Positions 42,488-53,951 of a DNA stretch of 64,000 nt are shown here, in pieces; the first letter of the stretch is position 1, and the number at the start of each line of letters is the position of its first letter. A model generated the notes under the pieces. That model saw only the letters and a list, made by a program, of their open reading frames with translations. It had not been told where the DNA came from and did no database searches. Made by a program: the position numbers and the translations under genes. Origin of the DNA: an uncultured Acidobacteriota bacterium (GTDB lineage: Bacteria; Acidobacteriota; UBA6911); contig CAWHCF010000026.1 of assembly GCA_963827655.1 (NCBI GenBank), positions 224,001 through 288,000 on the forward strand. Direction: 5' to 3'.

Positions 42488-43468
42488 CTACCGCTTTAAT
42501 TGCTGCGCGATGAAGGCCTTCACCATCTCTCGGGCGCGGTCCGTCTGCGGCCCCGGTTTGGCGACCCACTCGTGTTCGGACCCTTCGAATATCTGCAATT
42601 GACAATCGCCGCCAGCCGCCTTGTATGTCGTCGCGAATTTTTCCTGTACCGCCGGTAGCACGTTGTCATCGAGCTCTCCCTGCATGATCAGCATGGGAAC
42701 CAACGTGACCGCTTCGTGGCGTTCGAGGATCTGCTGCGGATTGCCTTCATAGATTGATTCCCACGGGACGAAGAACGTGGTGTGGTTCTTGATCATGCTG
42801 TCGCGCTTCCGTCTCTCGGCGTTCTGAAAGCGCGCATACGGGTCGCTGATCGGCGACCGCATCGCGACATAGGCCACCGTCGCGTCGACATCGGTCGCTT
42901 CGGGAAGAGGAATCGCGTTGTAGCGCGGATCGCGCGGGCGCAGCGCGAGGAGTTGGGCGACGTGGCCGCCGCTGGAGCTTCCGTAGACACCTGGCTTCGA
43001 TGGATCGCCATTCCATAAGGCTGCTTTCCATTTGAGCCAGCGCACGCCGTAGTTCGCATCCTGCACGCACGCGGGGTACGGGGCTTCGGACGCGAGCGTC
43101 ATGTCGATCGCGACCACGAGCAGGCCGCTGGCGGCCAACGCGCGATCCATCGGCTCCTCTGCGAGGCGGTCTTTGCCGTTCCAGGCGCCGCCGTGCAGAT
43201 CCAGCACGGTGGGGAACGGTCCAGCACCGTTCGGTTGATAGATGCGGGCCATCAGCACCCGCCCGGCTCGATTGCGCCGGAATTCGGCCTCGCTGACCTT
43301 GATCTCGAATCTAGCAGCGGGATCGTAGGAGATCCCCCTGGTGAGTCCAGGGACGATAGCGGTTGCAGACGCGGTTCGATGTCTCAAGGCGGACACGAAG
43401 GCACCAAGGCCGGCTGTGCCGAGGGCAGTCCTGAGAAATTCACGGCGTCCAGGAGGGTAGGTGTTCAT
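42488..43468 (-). CDS. Tat-signal alpha/beta hydrolase (HSL-like)
   Basis: GRREFLR...ASA signal; LHGGAW, GSSSGG, GELDD, GSEH. Confidence 0.87.
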   Translation of the reverse strand: MNTYPPGRREFLRTALGTAGLGAFVSALRHRTASATAIVPGLTRGISYDPAARFEIKVSEAEFRRNRAGRVLMARIYQPNGAGPFPTVLDLHGGAWNGKDRLAEEPMDRALAASGLLVVAIDMTLASEAPYPACVQDANYGVRWLKWKAALWNGDPSKPGVYGSSSGGHVAQLLALRPRDPRYNAIPLPEATDVDATVAYVAMRSPISDPYARFQNAERRKRDSMIKNHTTFFVPWESIYEGNPQQILERHEAVTLVPMLIMQGELDDNVLPAVQEKFATTYKAAGGDCQLQIFEGSEHEWVAKPGPQTDRAREMVKAFIAQQLKR

Positions 43469-43661
43469 CGTGAGACTCCCAGCAAGATGACCGGGAAGGT
43501 TAACCAAACGCTGAGCGGCAGACACACTATCTGACACGTGCCGGGGCGCCGCAAGAGAAAACCTGACGGCCCTGAGGGGATAGGTGCCCCTCTGCTCGCG
43601 CTACGACGCGCCGCAAATCCGGAGTGATGCCGGTCTCCATACCACTTGCGCGAGTTTCTCC

Positions 43662-43695
43662 TTGCCGCCAACTGTACTATGTCATATAGTACAGT
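43662..43695 (+). promoter_or_regulatory. Sigma-70 promoter overlapped by a YtrA-type operator
   Basis: TTGCCG-N17-TATAGT; perfect inverted repeat ACTGTACTAT-N5-ATAGTACAGT (43671-43695). Confidence 0.75.
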
Positions 43696-43696
43696 C

Positions 43697-44101
43697 GTGC
43701 TGCCCTTCCAGGTCACTCTTCAACCAGGTCTGCCTCTCCACGAGCAGGTGACGTTCGCTGCGAAGAGGGCTCTTGTTTCGGGCCGGCTCAAACCTGGCGA
43801 CCCTTTTCCGTCGGTGCGGGCACTCAGCAGGGCTCTCAAGATCAATCCCAATACCGCGCACAAAATCATTACGCAGCTCATCGAGGAGCGGCTTCTGGAC
43901 GTACGGGCGGCGAGCGGCACCACGGTCGCCGCGCTGCCAGCCTCCACGCGTGCCGAACGCAGCCGGCTACTGCGCACCGAGGTCGAGCAGCTCGTTGTTG
44001 AAGCGAAGAAGCTCGGTCTGGCGCTCGAGGATCTGCAGGAGGCTATCGCCGATCACTGGCAGAAGCTGGCCCCGGCGCAGGCCAAGGAGGTCCAGGGATG
44101 A
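43697..44101 (+). CDS. GntR family regulator, YtrA subfamily
   Basis: PGDPFPSVRALS, INPNTAHK; short C-terminal domain; precedes an ABC ATPase. Confidence 0.9.
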   Translation: MLPFQVTLQPGLPLHEQVTFAAKRALVSGRLKPGDPFPSVRALSRALKINPNTAHKIITQLIEERLLDVRAASGTTVAALPASTRAERSRLLRTEVEQLVVEAKKLGLALEDLQEAIADHWQKLAPAQAKEVQG

Positions 44102-45000
44102 TTCAGACCCGCAATCTGACCAAACGATTCGGCGCTGTAGAGGCGATCGAAGACCTTACCCTTACGGTGCCGGAATCGTCTGTTTTCGCGCTGATCGGGC
44201 CGAATGGCGCCGGCAAAACCACAACAATCAAGACGCTCATGAATATTTTGCGGCCCACGTCAGGGCGCGCGGAAGTCCTCGGGATCGACTCGCGCAAACT
44301 CGGCCCGGCGCAGTTCGCGCAGATCGGCTACGTTTCCGAAAACCAGAGCCTGCCCGACTGGATGCCGGTGGGGTACTTCCTGTCGTACTGCCACGCGTTC
44401 TACCCGGCGTGGGACAATGACCTCCTACACGCGCTGGTTCGACTCTACGGATTGCCGCTCGATCGCAAGCTCGGGTCGCTGTCGCGCGGGATGCGCGTGA
44501 AGGCGGCATTCGCGTCGTCGTTGGCCTATCGCCCACGGCTCATCATTCTCGACGAACCGTTCGGCGGGCTCGATCCGCTGATTCGCGACCAGGTGATCGA
44601 ATCCACGCTCGATCGCGCTTCTGAATCCACCGTGCTCATTTCCTCCCACGACCTGGCGGAAATCGAAACCTTCGCGAGCCACATTGCGTGGCTCGAATGC
44701 GGGCGCCTGCAGTTCGTCGAGGAAACCCAGAGTCTGCTCGATCGTTTCCGCGAGGTCGAAATCACTCTGGACCGGGCGGCGCAGATTCCTGCCGAATGGC
44801 CCAGCCGCTGGCTGAATCCCGAGCAGTCATCAGCGATCATTCGGTTTACGGATTCGGGATTTTCGCGCGATCGTACCGAAGCGGAGGTGCGCCGGCTCTT
44901 TGCGGGAGTACGCGAGATCAGCGCGCGACCGCTGCCCATGCGATCCATTGCGGTGGCGCTCGGCCGCGCGTCACAGAACAGGGGCCGCACATGCGCATAG
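44098..45000 (+). CDS. ABC transporter ATP-binding protein (YtrB-like)
   Basis: GPNGAGKT, LSRGM, ILDEP, SSH. Confidence 0.93.
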   Translation: MIQTRNLTKRFGAVEAIEDLTLTVPESSVFALIGPNGAGKTTTIKTLMNILRPTSGRAEVLGIDSRKLGPAQFAQIGYVSENQSLPDWMPVGYFLSYCHAFYPAWDNDLLHALVRLYGLPLDRKLGSLSRGMRVKAAFASSLAYRPRLIILDEPFGGLDPLIRDQVIESTLDRASESTVLISSHDLAEIETFASHIAWLECGRLQFVEETQSLLDRFREVEITLDRAAQIPAEWPSRWLNPEQSSAIIRFTDSGFSRDRTEAEVRRLFAGVREISARPLPMRSIAVALGRASQNRGRTCA

Positions 45001-46519
45001 CCCTGCACATCTTCATGAAAGACGCGCGCCGGCTGCGGATGGAAATCGCGGTCACGGTGGCGCTTCTCGCCTACCTCGCGGATCTCGACCGGCAGCGCAT
45101 GGATGCCGTTCCGGGCGCGCCCGAGGCCTGGCTTAATTTGCTCCTTCCGCTGGCGTGGGCGTTTCTGCTTGCAATGCTGGTTCACCAGGAGCCGCTCGTG
45201 GGCGATCGGCAGTTCTGGATCACGCGTCCGTATTCGCGCGCCGCGCTCGTAACCGCCAAAGGGTTGTTTGCGCTCGCGTTCGTTCACGCGCCCTCGCTCA
45301 TCGCCGATAGCGTCATCTTGATTTCACGCGGCTTCAATCCACTCGACTCCATCGCGTCGCTTTTGTGGAAACAGGCGTTGCTGGCGGCCGGTCTCACGCT
45401 GCCGGTCGCGGCACTGGCTGCCCTCACGCGCAATCTCGCCCAGTTTGCGCTGGCGGCGTTTATTGCGGGTTCAGCCGGAATAGTGCTTGCCTCGTGGACT
45501 GCTCCGGGGCCGGTGGGATGGGGATTCCGCATCGACGACGACCGTGGTGTCGCGGCGTGGCTGCTGTTGATTTCAGCGGCGGTCGCCGTTATCGCCATGC
45601 AATACGCGTTGCGCCGGACAGCGCAGGCTCGAGCTCTGGCGGTCGCGGGAGCAGCGCTTGCCGCGGCCGTTTTCGTGTATCTGCCGCCCGAACGTGCATT
45701 TGCGTTTTCGCGCTCATCCGCCGTTTCGCTGTCGCTTCGTCTCGGACCGGACCTGCCCGAAAGCATGAGGTATGTTTTTGCCGTCGGCCGCGGCGCGCAG
45801 CCGCATGCGATCCCTGTACAGGTGACCGGCCTTGAGCCGCCGAACGGTGTCCGCCTCCGCTTGCTGGATTTCGAGATCCGGAGCGGCAACGGCGCCGCGT
45901 GGAGTGCCGAGGTACGGCCCAAAGAGCGGAGGCCGCCTCAAGCCGGGCTCTTTGTGAGAGACGACAATACGGGTTGGTTGCAATTCACGCTCGACCGCGC
46001 GCTGGCCGAGAGTTTCAAAGGCGTGAAGGTCGATGCTTCCGGCCGCCTTGGGGCGACCTTCTTCACCGAGCGGCAGTCGCTCCGCACGCCGGCGATTTTC
46101 GACACGACTGGAGCGCCGCACATCGGGCGGTGCTTCAGCAAATGGTCTCCAATGTGTTTTACGGCCGCGAGATGCTGAAAGTCACCTGCGAATCGCCCGC
46201 CCGACTCCCGGTGTTCACGCGAGTCATCATGCATCACCCCGCGACCGGCGCCGTCTGGAACCATCGACTCGCAGACGCCATGACGGTCTACAACCGGCCG
46301 GTGGCCACGTGGCTCTCGCCGCTGAATCGAGAGCAGACATTCTTTCATACCGCTGATCGACCGCGCGGCGAGGGCTCGCAATGGCTCGTCCCGGAGGACG
46401 CCGTTCGCGATTCCGAGATCAGCCTGGTCGCGGCGGTGCAAGCGGGCAAGGCCGTGCTGCGCTTTGAACTGAAGGATCTGGACCTCGGACAGTTTGCGTT
46501 TGAGCCGCGCCACCGGTGA
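44991..46519 (+). CDS. ABC transporter permease-like membrane protein (frameshift near 46140)
   Basis: Multiple TM helices; GDRQFWITRPY; continues into ORF 45899..46519. Confidence 0.7.
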
Positions 46520-46619
46520 CGACTCGCTACGGTAGCGAATCGGAAAGCGAGTAGTAAGAGAGGTAAAGAGAGGGAGATAGATAAGATGAAATTAGGTATG
46601 AGTATAGAGGTGGAGAAAT

Positions 46620-49328
46620 AAATAGCTGAGGAGGACGTTAGACAGGATATAATAGAGCAGCGGCGCGGGCGGGCACGACACGCAAGAAGGGCTACGGCGA
46701 TGAGGGAGGAAGGCACGACGACGAACGTGAGAGGATCAGTCGGGTCCACACCGTACAGCAAGCTGGCGGCGAAACGCGTGACGCTCAGGGAAAGCGAGAA
46801 AGCCGAGAGCGATGACCGGTGAACGCCAACGCGAGGCCTGTCTCAGGATCATCGCGAGGATCCGCGCGGTGGGCACCAATGGCCAGGCGGATGCCGAGCT
46901 CCTCCGCCGACGCAGACGGCGAAGCTGATGACGCCGTAGACGCCGATAGATGGCAATCACCAGAGCCGATGGAGCCGGCCGTGACGGAGAACGCAGAGAC
47001 GAGACGCGGGACGATCAAGGCATAGTTGAGATGACTGTCCATCGTGCCGGACGTCGAAGACGGCCAGCGATAGATCGGCGCGCCGGATGACCTCGCGAAC
47101 GGATCGGCATAGGAAGCGGCGCGCGTTAGCTGGATTTCACGACGAGCGTGACGCCTCGCGGGTTTTCGACGGCAGAGTATCGGTCAGGATCGGCAGATAG
47201 ATGGCTGGACGTGGGGCTTCGCCGAACGTGCGAGACTTAGCGGTCGCGACGACTCCGACGATGTCCAGCGGCTTGCCGTCGCCGAGGACACGCCGTCCGA
47301 ATGGCGACGGGTACCGGGAACGACGCCCGGGCGAAGGCGTCGTTGACGATCGCCGGCCCTCGCCGTAAAGCTGGTCGACACGGAAGTCCTCTCCCGCGAG
47401 AAACGAAATCCCCATCGTCGTGAAGAAGTCTGGGCCGACGGGGTAGATGTCGGTGCGGACGCGTGGCGCCTGCGGATTCTTTGCGTTCTCCGCAGAGACG
47501 AAGTTCGAGTTGCTCATGATCAGCGTCAGCGGAACGGAGGTGGTCAGCGTGGCGGACTAGACGCCGGGACACGCGCGGGCTAGCGTCGAGAATGTATCGC
47601 AGCAGCAGTCTGGATTGCGGATCGGGAAGGTGATCCAGGCCAGGATCGAAAGCCAGCAGAAGCAGATTGCGATTCCATCAGCCCGAGATCGATCGCGCGC
47701 GTCGTTGCAGGCTGCGCAGAAAGAGTCCCATGCAGACAAGCAGCACTGTGCAGATGGCAACCTGCGTCACGACCAGTCCGCTGCGCAGCCCGAAGCCGAT
47801 CGACAGTTGGACTTATGCCGCCGAGCATCAGCCTTCAAAGTCGGTGATGAGGTACGGCTTTAGTGGCTCGAAGGGCAGGGACCAGGCCAAAGGAGACGCC
47901 GGTCAGCGATAGACGAGACCGACTGCAGAAAAGCAGGACGCGGTAATAGAGGGAGACCGAGAGGTGTAGAGGCCAACCGAACGGCATGCGGATGAGACCG
48001 AACAAGCGAAGAGACGTACGCGGCGATAGAGCCAGGCCGCCAACGCCACCAAGCAGTGGCGAGCAGCAGGCTCTCGGTGAGAAGCTGTCGCAGCAGACGA
48101 AGGCGGCTGGCGCCGAGAGCCATCCGTGCCGCGATCTCCCGGCGTCGTACCGAAACTCGTCCCGAGAAGTAGATTGGCTGACATTGGCGCACGCCGTAGA
48201 GCAGACGAGCGTGGCGACGGCCAGCTGCCAGCGAAAAGAACGTCAGCGCCATTCTGCGGAATCCGCGGATCGACCTGCCCCGCCCGTTCGAGATGGAAGC
48301 CTCGAGATTCGTCGACGGGCGCATACGTCGGCGTTCAGCGTCCGGACGATGACGTCCAGTTCTCGCACGCGCTGCTTGCGAGTCGACGCCGGGACGCAAT
48401 CTGGCGACGACGCTACAACCAGTAACGCTCCGGTTCTTGCTGACCGGTCCCCTGCGTGACTCGATCTCATCGAGCATCGAGAACGGTATCCAGAATTCCG
48501 GGACGATGCCCAGTTTCCGTGCCGCGGAAAGCGACGTGCAGTCACACCAATCGACGTAGCGGTTCGTTTGTTGATCGAGATCGGTACGGCGGACGATCGC
48601 TGGATCGCTGCCGAAGCGCCGATCGCCAGAGGTTATGGCTCAACACGACAACGGGCGGTTCCCCGAGCGTGTCGTCGCGACGGGTCGAAGCCGCGGCCGA
48701 CAGCGAACCCGGGCTTCACGACAGCGAAGTAATTCGCCGGTGACGAGGGATCTCCAATGCCGTTGGGGATCACCCTGCCGCACCGATAGACAGCGGCAGC
48801 AAAGGATCCGCAAGCCGCGATGCCCTCAAAGGAGCGCGCGATGGCGCAGATCTCGAAAGTCCAGGTACGAGAGCTCGCTGACGGCTTCTCCGCTGCGCCG
48901 ATCGATCTCCGACAGGCTCAAGAGTCGTCGGGCTCGCGCGACAGGTAACGGCTTGAGCACGGCGACGTTGAGGATGGCGAAGATCACCGAGCAGGCGCCG
49001 ATGCTCAAAGCCGAGGATCCCACCGCGATCGCGGCAAACCCCGGCGACTTGCGCAGCGATGCGACGCCGCATAGCGCACGTCTGACGAGCACGTCTCGAC
49101 GGATCGATGCCGAAACGACATCGCGAACGAGTCCCACAGCTTAGATGCTGCACAGCTCTAGTAGGGCTTCGTGGATTGCGCTTCTCTTGGCTCATACCGC
49201 TTTGCATCTTCTGTTAGACTGCAGTTTAGAGGAAGTGACGTCAGTTCATCATATAGCTCGTGTTCCATCCGCGTCTTACTGGAAGAGGAGCATGGAACTA
49301 GCTGATGAGGCGCCTGAGACGACGCCAT
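46620..49328 (-). pseudogene. Heavily frameshifted ADOP-type (MacB/FtsX) ABC permease; pseudogene or uncorrected read
   Basis: Fragments LRKSPGFAAIA, SYLDFRDLR, RRREIAARMALGASR, VGPDFFTTMGI, ELGIRLAIGA, LYGVDPTDPLTF scattered over several frames. Confidence 0.75.
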
Positions 49329-49339
49329 CACGATCTCTG

Positions 49340-49678
49340 AGTGAAGCGTAGAGAATATTGGCGATTGCGGTGGTTTGCACGTATCAATTGCGCGTCTCTT
49401 GCCTGAGCTTGACTCGTCCAGTGACGGTGAGCGCAATAGTACTTCGCCAGCCGGTTGTTCTCAGTGACCTGCAATTCACCGGTGATCAGCCCGTCCCGCT
49501 CCAAACGGCGCAGTGCCGGGAATAGCTATCCAGCGTTGACCTGAAAAACGCCTTTGCAGAAGTGCTCGAGTCGGACGCCGATGCCGTACCGTGCATCGGT
49601 TCGAACGTGAGAGACTTTAGAAACAGCATGTGCAGCGTGACCTGTACGACGGTCTCTCTCTCTCTCTTCCCCGTGCAT
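49340..49678 (-). pseudogene. PadR family regulator, frameshifted
   Basis: Fragments [43 protein letters not shown]; RBS GAGGAG. Confidence 0.75.
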
Positions 49679-50144
49679 CTCTACGCTCCTCTAGCGAAAC
49701 TCGATCAGCAGCTACGACTCGTCTCTAGATTGTCAAAAGGAATACATTCCGTTTTATCCCTGTTCGGTCGATTCGCCGGAGTTAATTAAGCCACATCAAG
49801 GATTTACGATAGAAGCGCATCTGATAGAGACACCTACGATCGTGAGATAAGACTCTTATGTGGTTCCGTGACTGCCGCCAAGAAAGAATTTTGACTATTT
49901 CGCTTGCGGGCACGGTGAACATAAGACCCGGGCGCAACAGGCCGGCAAGATGGCGATGGTCCCGCTGAAGGGTTCGACGGCTCAGGATTCGAGGATCGGA
50001 TCGGTGTGATTGAGCAGTCATGTTCGTTTCACTCCGGAGGTGCTGAACAGAATGCTCCTTCTCCGGATTGTCGGCCTCATCAGGAGCTCCCGGGTTAAGC
50101 CGGCCAACCTGACGGACCGCCCCCTATCGTCCTCAGCTCTACCC

Positions 50145-50234
50145 GATGTTCCTCGGTCCTGGATGAGTCCCGACTGCGCGGATTATACGCCAGGTGCATT
50201 ACCAAGCGTGAAGAAACCTGGCCGTGAAATCGTG
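50145..50234 (-). repeat. Duplicated 90-bp promoter/leader-like segment, copy 2
   Basis: Direct repeat of 42292-42379. Confidence 0.75.
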
Positions 50235-50274
50235 AGATTTGGACTTAAAAAGCGCTCGGACCACCGATCTGCTT

Positions 50275-50652
50275 TCAGGCAGTCGCGGGCAAGACCAGTC
50301 TGCGGCTTGCAGGCCTGGTCGCGTACGAGACGCTCAGAAGGGCCAGCAGCACCAGTGGCATGACCCATATTTGCGCGCCATCGCCCGCCGAGTAGTGGGC
50401 GACGAACGCCATCACCCAGGTGAAAGCCGCGCCCGCGTAGGCCCATTCCTTCAGCAAAGCAATCCCGGGCAGCAGCAGGACGATTGCGGCCGCCGGTTTT
50501 ACAATCCCAAGAATTATCCTGAGGTGCTGCGGGTATCCGGCTTTGGCGAAGGCGGAGACGACCTCCGGACTGCCGGTGAGGTAGCTCAGAGCAAATAGCA
50601 GCATCACTGCGACAAGTCCAGTGCTGGCCCAGTAGACAATCTTGCGAACCAT
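50275..50652 (-). CDS. DoxX family membrane protein
   Basis: IVYWASTGL, GYP, LKEWAYAG; RBS GGAGG. Confidence 0.88.
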   Translation of the reverse strand: MVRKIVYWASTGLVAVMLLFALSYLTGSPEVVSAFAKAGYPQHLRIILGIVKPAAAIVLLLPGIALLKEWAYAGAAFTWVMAFVAHYSAGDGAQIWVMPLVLLALLSVSYATRPASRRLVLPATA

Positions 50653-50809
50653 GTGTCCTCCTGAATGCATTGGCTGCAATTATTGACCGAATTTCACTGA
50701 CAGCGTTGCAGAATTTTACCCGGTTCCTGAAGGGAAAGGAGAAAAAGCAGGATCTTGGCCGCGGTCGGGTGATAACCTTCGGTTATCGAGCCTGAGATAT
50801 TATTGGAGG

Positions 50810-51162
50810 CCAAGGGCGAAGTAAGCTTCGCCAGGCCCGTAGGGCCGACAGTGCGTAGCTCCGGACCGTTAAGGCCGGGTGGCAGCAAGACCGTAGTCTG
50901 AGGGCCGAAGGCCCGGCACTGCGACACAGGATTTGTGCCGGTCCTACGGACCTCCATGTCATCTGCACACGAACCACGCCCTGACGGGCGTGGCTACTCA
51001 CTGCCGGGCCTTCGGGCCTGGCTACCGGCACCCGAGCTTCTGTGCCTGTGAAATGTCCAAGCTCCATGGCGAAGCAAGCTTCGCCCAACCAGGGCGGTAG
51101 CAAGCTCAGCAAGCTACCGCACTCCAGGAGCGCCCTTGTGTCGCGGCAGCTTGCTGCCGCGC
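50810..51162. repeat. Cluster of REP-like palindromes
   Basis: ggcgaagtaagcttcgcc, gggccgaaggccc, gcggcagcttgctgccgc; related copy near 59815. Confidence 0.55.
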
Positions 51163-51197
51163 CCAGGGTTCGCAAAATAAATAAGGTCACGCCAACC

Positions 51198-52797
51198 ATG
51201 ACGCAAAATTCTATTCGCAGGTTGATGATGCTTCCCCTGTTCGCGGCTCTTCTTTTGCTGGCTTACTGGAGCCTGGGTCTGGACCGGCTGGAAGGGCGCA
51301 TCCTGGATGACAAGACTGGCGAGTCCGTCGCAGCAACGCTGGTGCTTGCTGATGGAGAAGGAAAGCCGCTCGAAATCGAAGGCAGACATTCCCACGTCGA
51401 GTACCTGGGCAAACGCAGATGCTACGTAGACGGGACCTTCGTATTGAACTCGCGCCCCCGTCGTCTCGTGGTCGAGCTGAGGCGTGGTCTCGAAATCCTC
51501 CCGCTCAAGACCGAGGTCGATCTGACCCAGCCCGGCAGCGAGCCCTTGACTTTCCGCCTGCGGCGCTGGGTGGATATGCGTGAGCTGGGCTATCTGAGCG
51601 GCGACACCCATGTCCATCTCCTGTCGCAATCCGAGTCGCATTTGCAAATGCGAGGCGAGGATCTGAATGTTTTGAACCTGCTGGTCAGTGACTTTACGCG
51701 TGACCGAGAGAAGTTCACCGGCAAACTCGATGCGGTCTCGACTCCTGGTCATGCCGTATTCGTGGGTCAGGAGGCTCGAGACTGGCAACAGGGACACGTT
51801 GCTTTGCTGCGCATTAATCGAATTGTCGAGCCCTTCGAGCCGTTTGGAGGGACGTTTCAGGGGCGAAGTGAGCCCAATCTCGTGCTGGCAAGAATTCTCA
51901 GGGAAGCGCACCGGCAAGGAGGCGTTGCCACCTGGGCCCATTTCTGCAATTTGCCGGGGGCTGAGTCTCCTATCGACATTGCTCTCGGGTTGGTCGATGC
52001 CATTGATCTGATTACCTATGACGACCCGACTCAACTTCCCAGTCACTGGGGCCCCTGGAAGAACTCCGGGATGTCTCAAGCCGAGTTCACCGTCATGCGC
52101 TCCATGGATCTCTACTATCAGTATCTCAACTCCGGCTTTCGAGTTCCGATTGCCGCGGGCACGGACAAGATGGGCGATGATATTCCGGTGGGGAGCAATC
52201 GACTCTATGCGCGCCCTGTGGGCGAGCCGAACTACGAGGGGTGGCTGGCAGGGCTCAAAGCAGGAAATGGCTTCGTCACCAATGGCCCGATGCTGACCTT
52301 CGACGTGGAAGGTCACACCTCCGGCGAGGTCGTTGAATTCACCGGGAGACGCAAAGTCAGGGCGCGAGCGACGGCCAGGTCCATTCTGCCTTTTGGAAGT
52401 CTTGAAATTGTGGTGAATGGAGAAACCGCGGCAATCAGGCGCATGCCCAATCGAAACCGTCCCGGCGCCGGATGGCCTGTACACGTTGGAGCTGGAGGGA
52501 ACGTTCGACCTCGATCGAAGCAGCTGGCTCGCCGCGCGAGTGGCTGAAGATCCCGCCAGCAAGAGCCGTATGCTGCCTCGGGGTCTGACCGTATTCGCTC
52601 ACGCCAATCCGATCTATTTTCTGCGGAGCGGGGCCAAAGTCCGGGAACTATCTTCTATCCGTTATTTGCAAAAGTACCTCAGAGGAAGCGTCCACTGGCT
52701 GAACACAGGAGCTCGCTTTGCCACCTCGGCCGAAAAGGAAGAGGCGCTACGCCTGGCCGATCAGGCGCGCCGCCTCTATGCTGAGCTGGAAAAATGA
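51198..52797 (+). CDS. CehA/McbA-like PHP-fold metallohydrolase, secreted (frameshift near 52455)
   Basis: SGDTHVH, GQE, GH, WAH, AGTD, FVTNGP, FAHANPIY. Confidence 0.8.
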
Positions 52798-52879
52798 AGG
52801 CATTGATCGGCGCAGTGCGGTAGCTCGTGAGACCTGTGCACGCATCTTGTGTTAGGTCCAGAACGGGCGGTCAGGCGCA

Positions 52880-53092
52880 AGCCCGCGCCCTGAAGGGCGA
52901 CGGAAATTAGTCGAGGTCAAGCGACGAGCGCTGCCCGACGGTGCGCACACAGGCTATTGAACCGCGGCCCTGCAGGGGCGCTGGATGCGACTGTCCATGA
53001 CCTGCGCCCTGACAGGGCGCATGGACTATTCAATGCCCGAGCTGCGCTTCGCTTGCCTGGGCTAATTCCGTCGCCACGCTCCGTGGGCTGCA
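52880..53092. repeat. Palindrome-rich intergenic element
   Basis: Repeated gccctgaagggc, gccctgcaggggc, gccctgacagggc hairpins between convergent genes. Confidence 0.5.
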
Positions 53093-53159
53093 ATCTCTCG
53101 AGAGCATCGGATGCAGTGTCAAGGTTCAATGCAAGCACGCGCACTCCAACGAGCCTGTA

Positions 53160-53945
53160 TCACGCGCGCGCGGTCAGGCCGGCGCGGATGCCGGCGATTC
53201 CCTGGCGCAGCCCCTGCTGGTAGATCCAGATGTCGCCCCAGTAGGCCAGGCAACGGAAGCCCCTCTGGACCAGCGCGCGCCCGTCTTCCACGCTCGATGT
53301 CATGAAGCCCGCGGCCTTGCCGTTCTTCCGGCAGGCTGCCAACACCCGGTCCACCGCCGCCTGGTAAGCCGGGTGCGCGAACTGGGCCGGAATCCCCATC
53401 GAGTTGGTGAGGTCGAAGTGGCCGATCCAGAGCACATCGATGCCATCGAGCGCAGCGATGCTCTCGACATTCTCGATTCCCCGCGCAGTTTCAATCAAGG
53501 CGATGAGCATGGTCTCGGCGTTGGCGCTTTCCATCTTCCCCTGCACGTCGCCTTCGCTATAGTCGTCGTGCGCGACGTGAAACGACGCTCCGCGGCGGCC
53601 TGCCGGAGGGTACTTCGCCGATTCGACGATCATTCGCGCCTGTTCGACGCTCTCGACCATGGGCACCATCAACCCCATGGCGCCCACGTCGAGCGCGTGC
53701 GCCAGGAAATGATAGTGCGTCACCGGTACCCGGACCATCGGAACCAGATCGGCCGCTCGCGATGTCGCCATGAGGGAGCGCACGGTTTCAAGGGACCAGC
53801 CGGTATGCTCCATGTCGAAGAGCACAAAATCCGCCCCGGCGCCGGCCGCGATCCGGGCGATGCCCGTCGTGTTGAACTCGAACACCATCGTGCCTAGCGC
53901 CACGCCCCCCTGGCGCAGAGCCCGTTTCACTTTGTTTTCTCTCAT
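53160..53945 (-). CDS. HpcH/HpaI aldolase family protein
   Basis: DMEH, VRVP, LDVGAMGLMVPMV, IETARG, IGHFDL. Confidence 0.9.
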   Translation of the reverse strand: MRENKVKRALRQGGVALGTMVFEFNTTGIARIAAGAGADFVLFDMEHTGWSLETVRSLMATSRAADLVPMVRVPVTHYHFLAHALDVGAMGLMVPMVESVEQARMIVESAKYPPAGRRGASFHVAHDDYSEGDVQGKMESANAETMLIALIETARGIENVESIAALDGIDVLWIGHFDLTNSMGIPAQFAHPAYQAAVDRVLAACRKNGKAAGFMTSSVEDGRALVQRGFRCLAYWGDIWIYQQGLRQGIAGIRAGLTARA

Positions 53946-53951
53946 GCGCCT

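Noticed and set aside
46540-46660. Purine-rich low-GC tract
   Set aside because: Lies at the edge of the corrupted region and partly resembles the degraded permease 3' end; probable base-calling artefact.
46520-49700. Dense mutation of the ADOP permease and PadR as targeted hypermutation (e.g. DGR)
   Set aside because: Indel-rich throughout, with no reverse transcriptase or template/variable repeat pair; looks like an unpolished read or ordinary decay.
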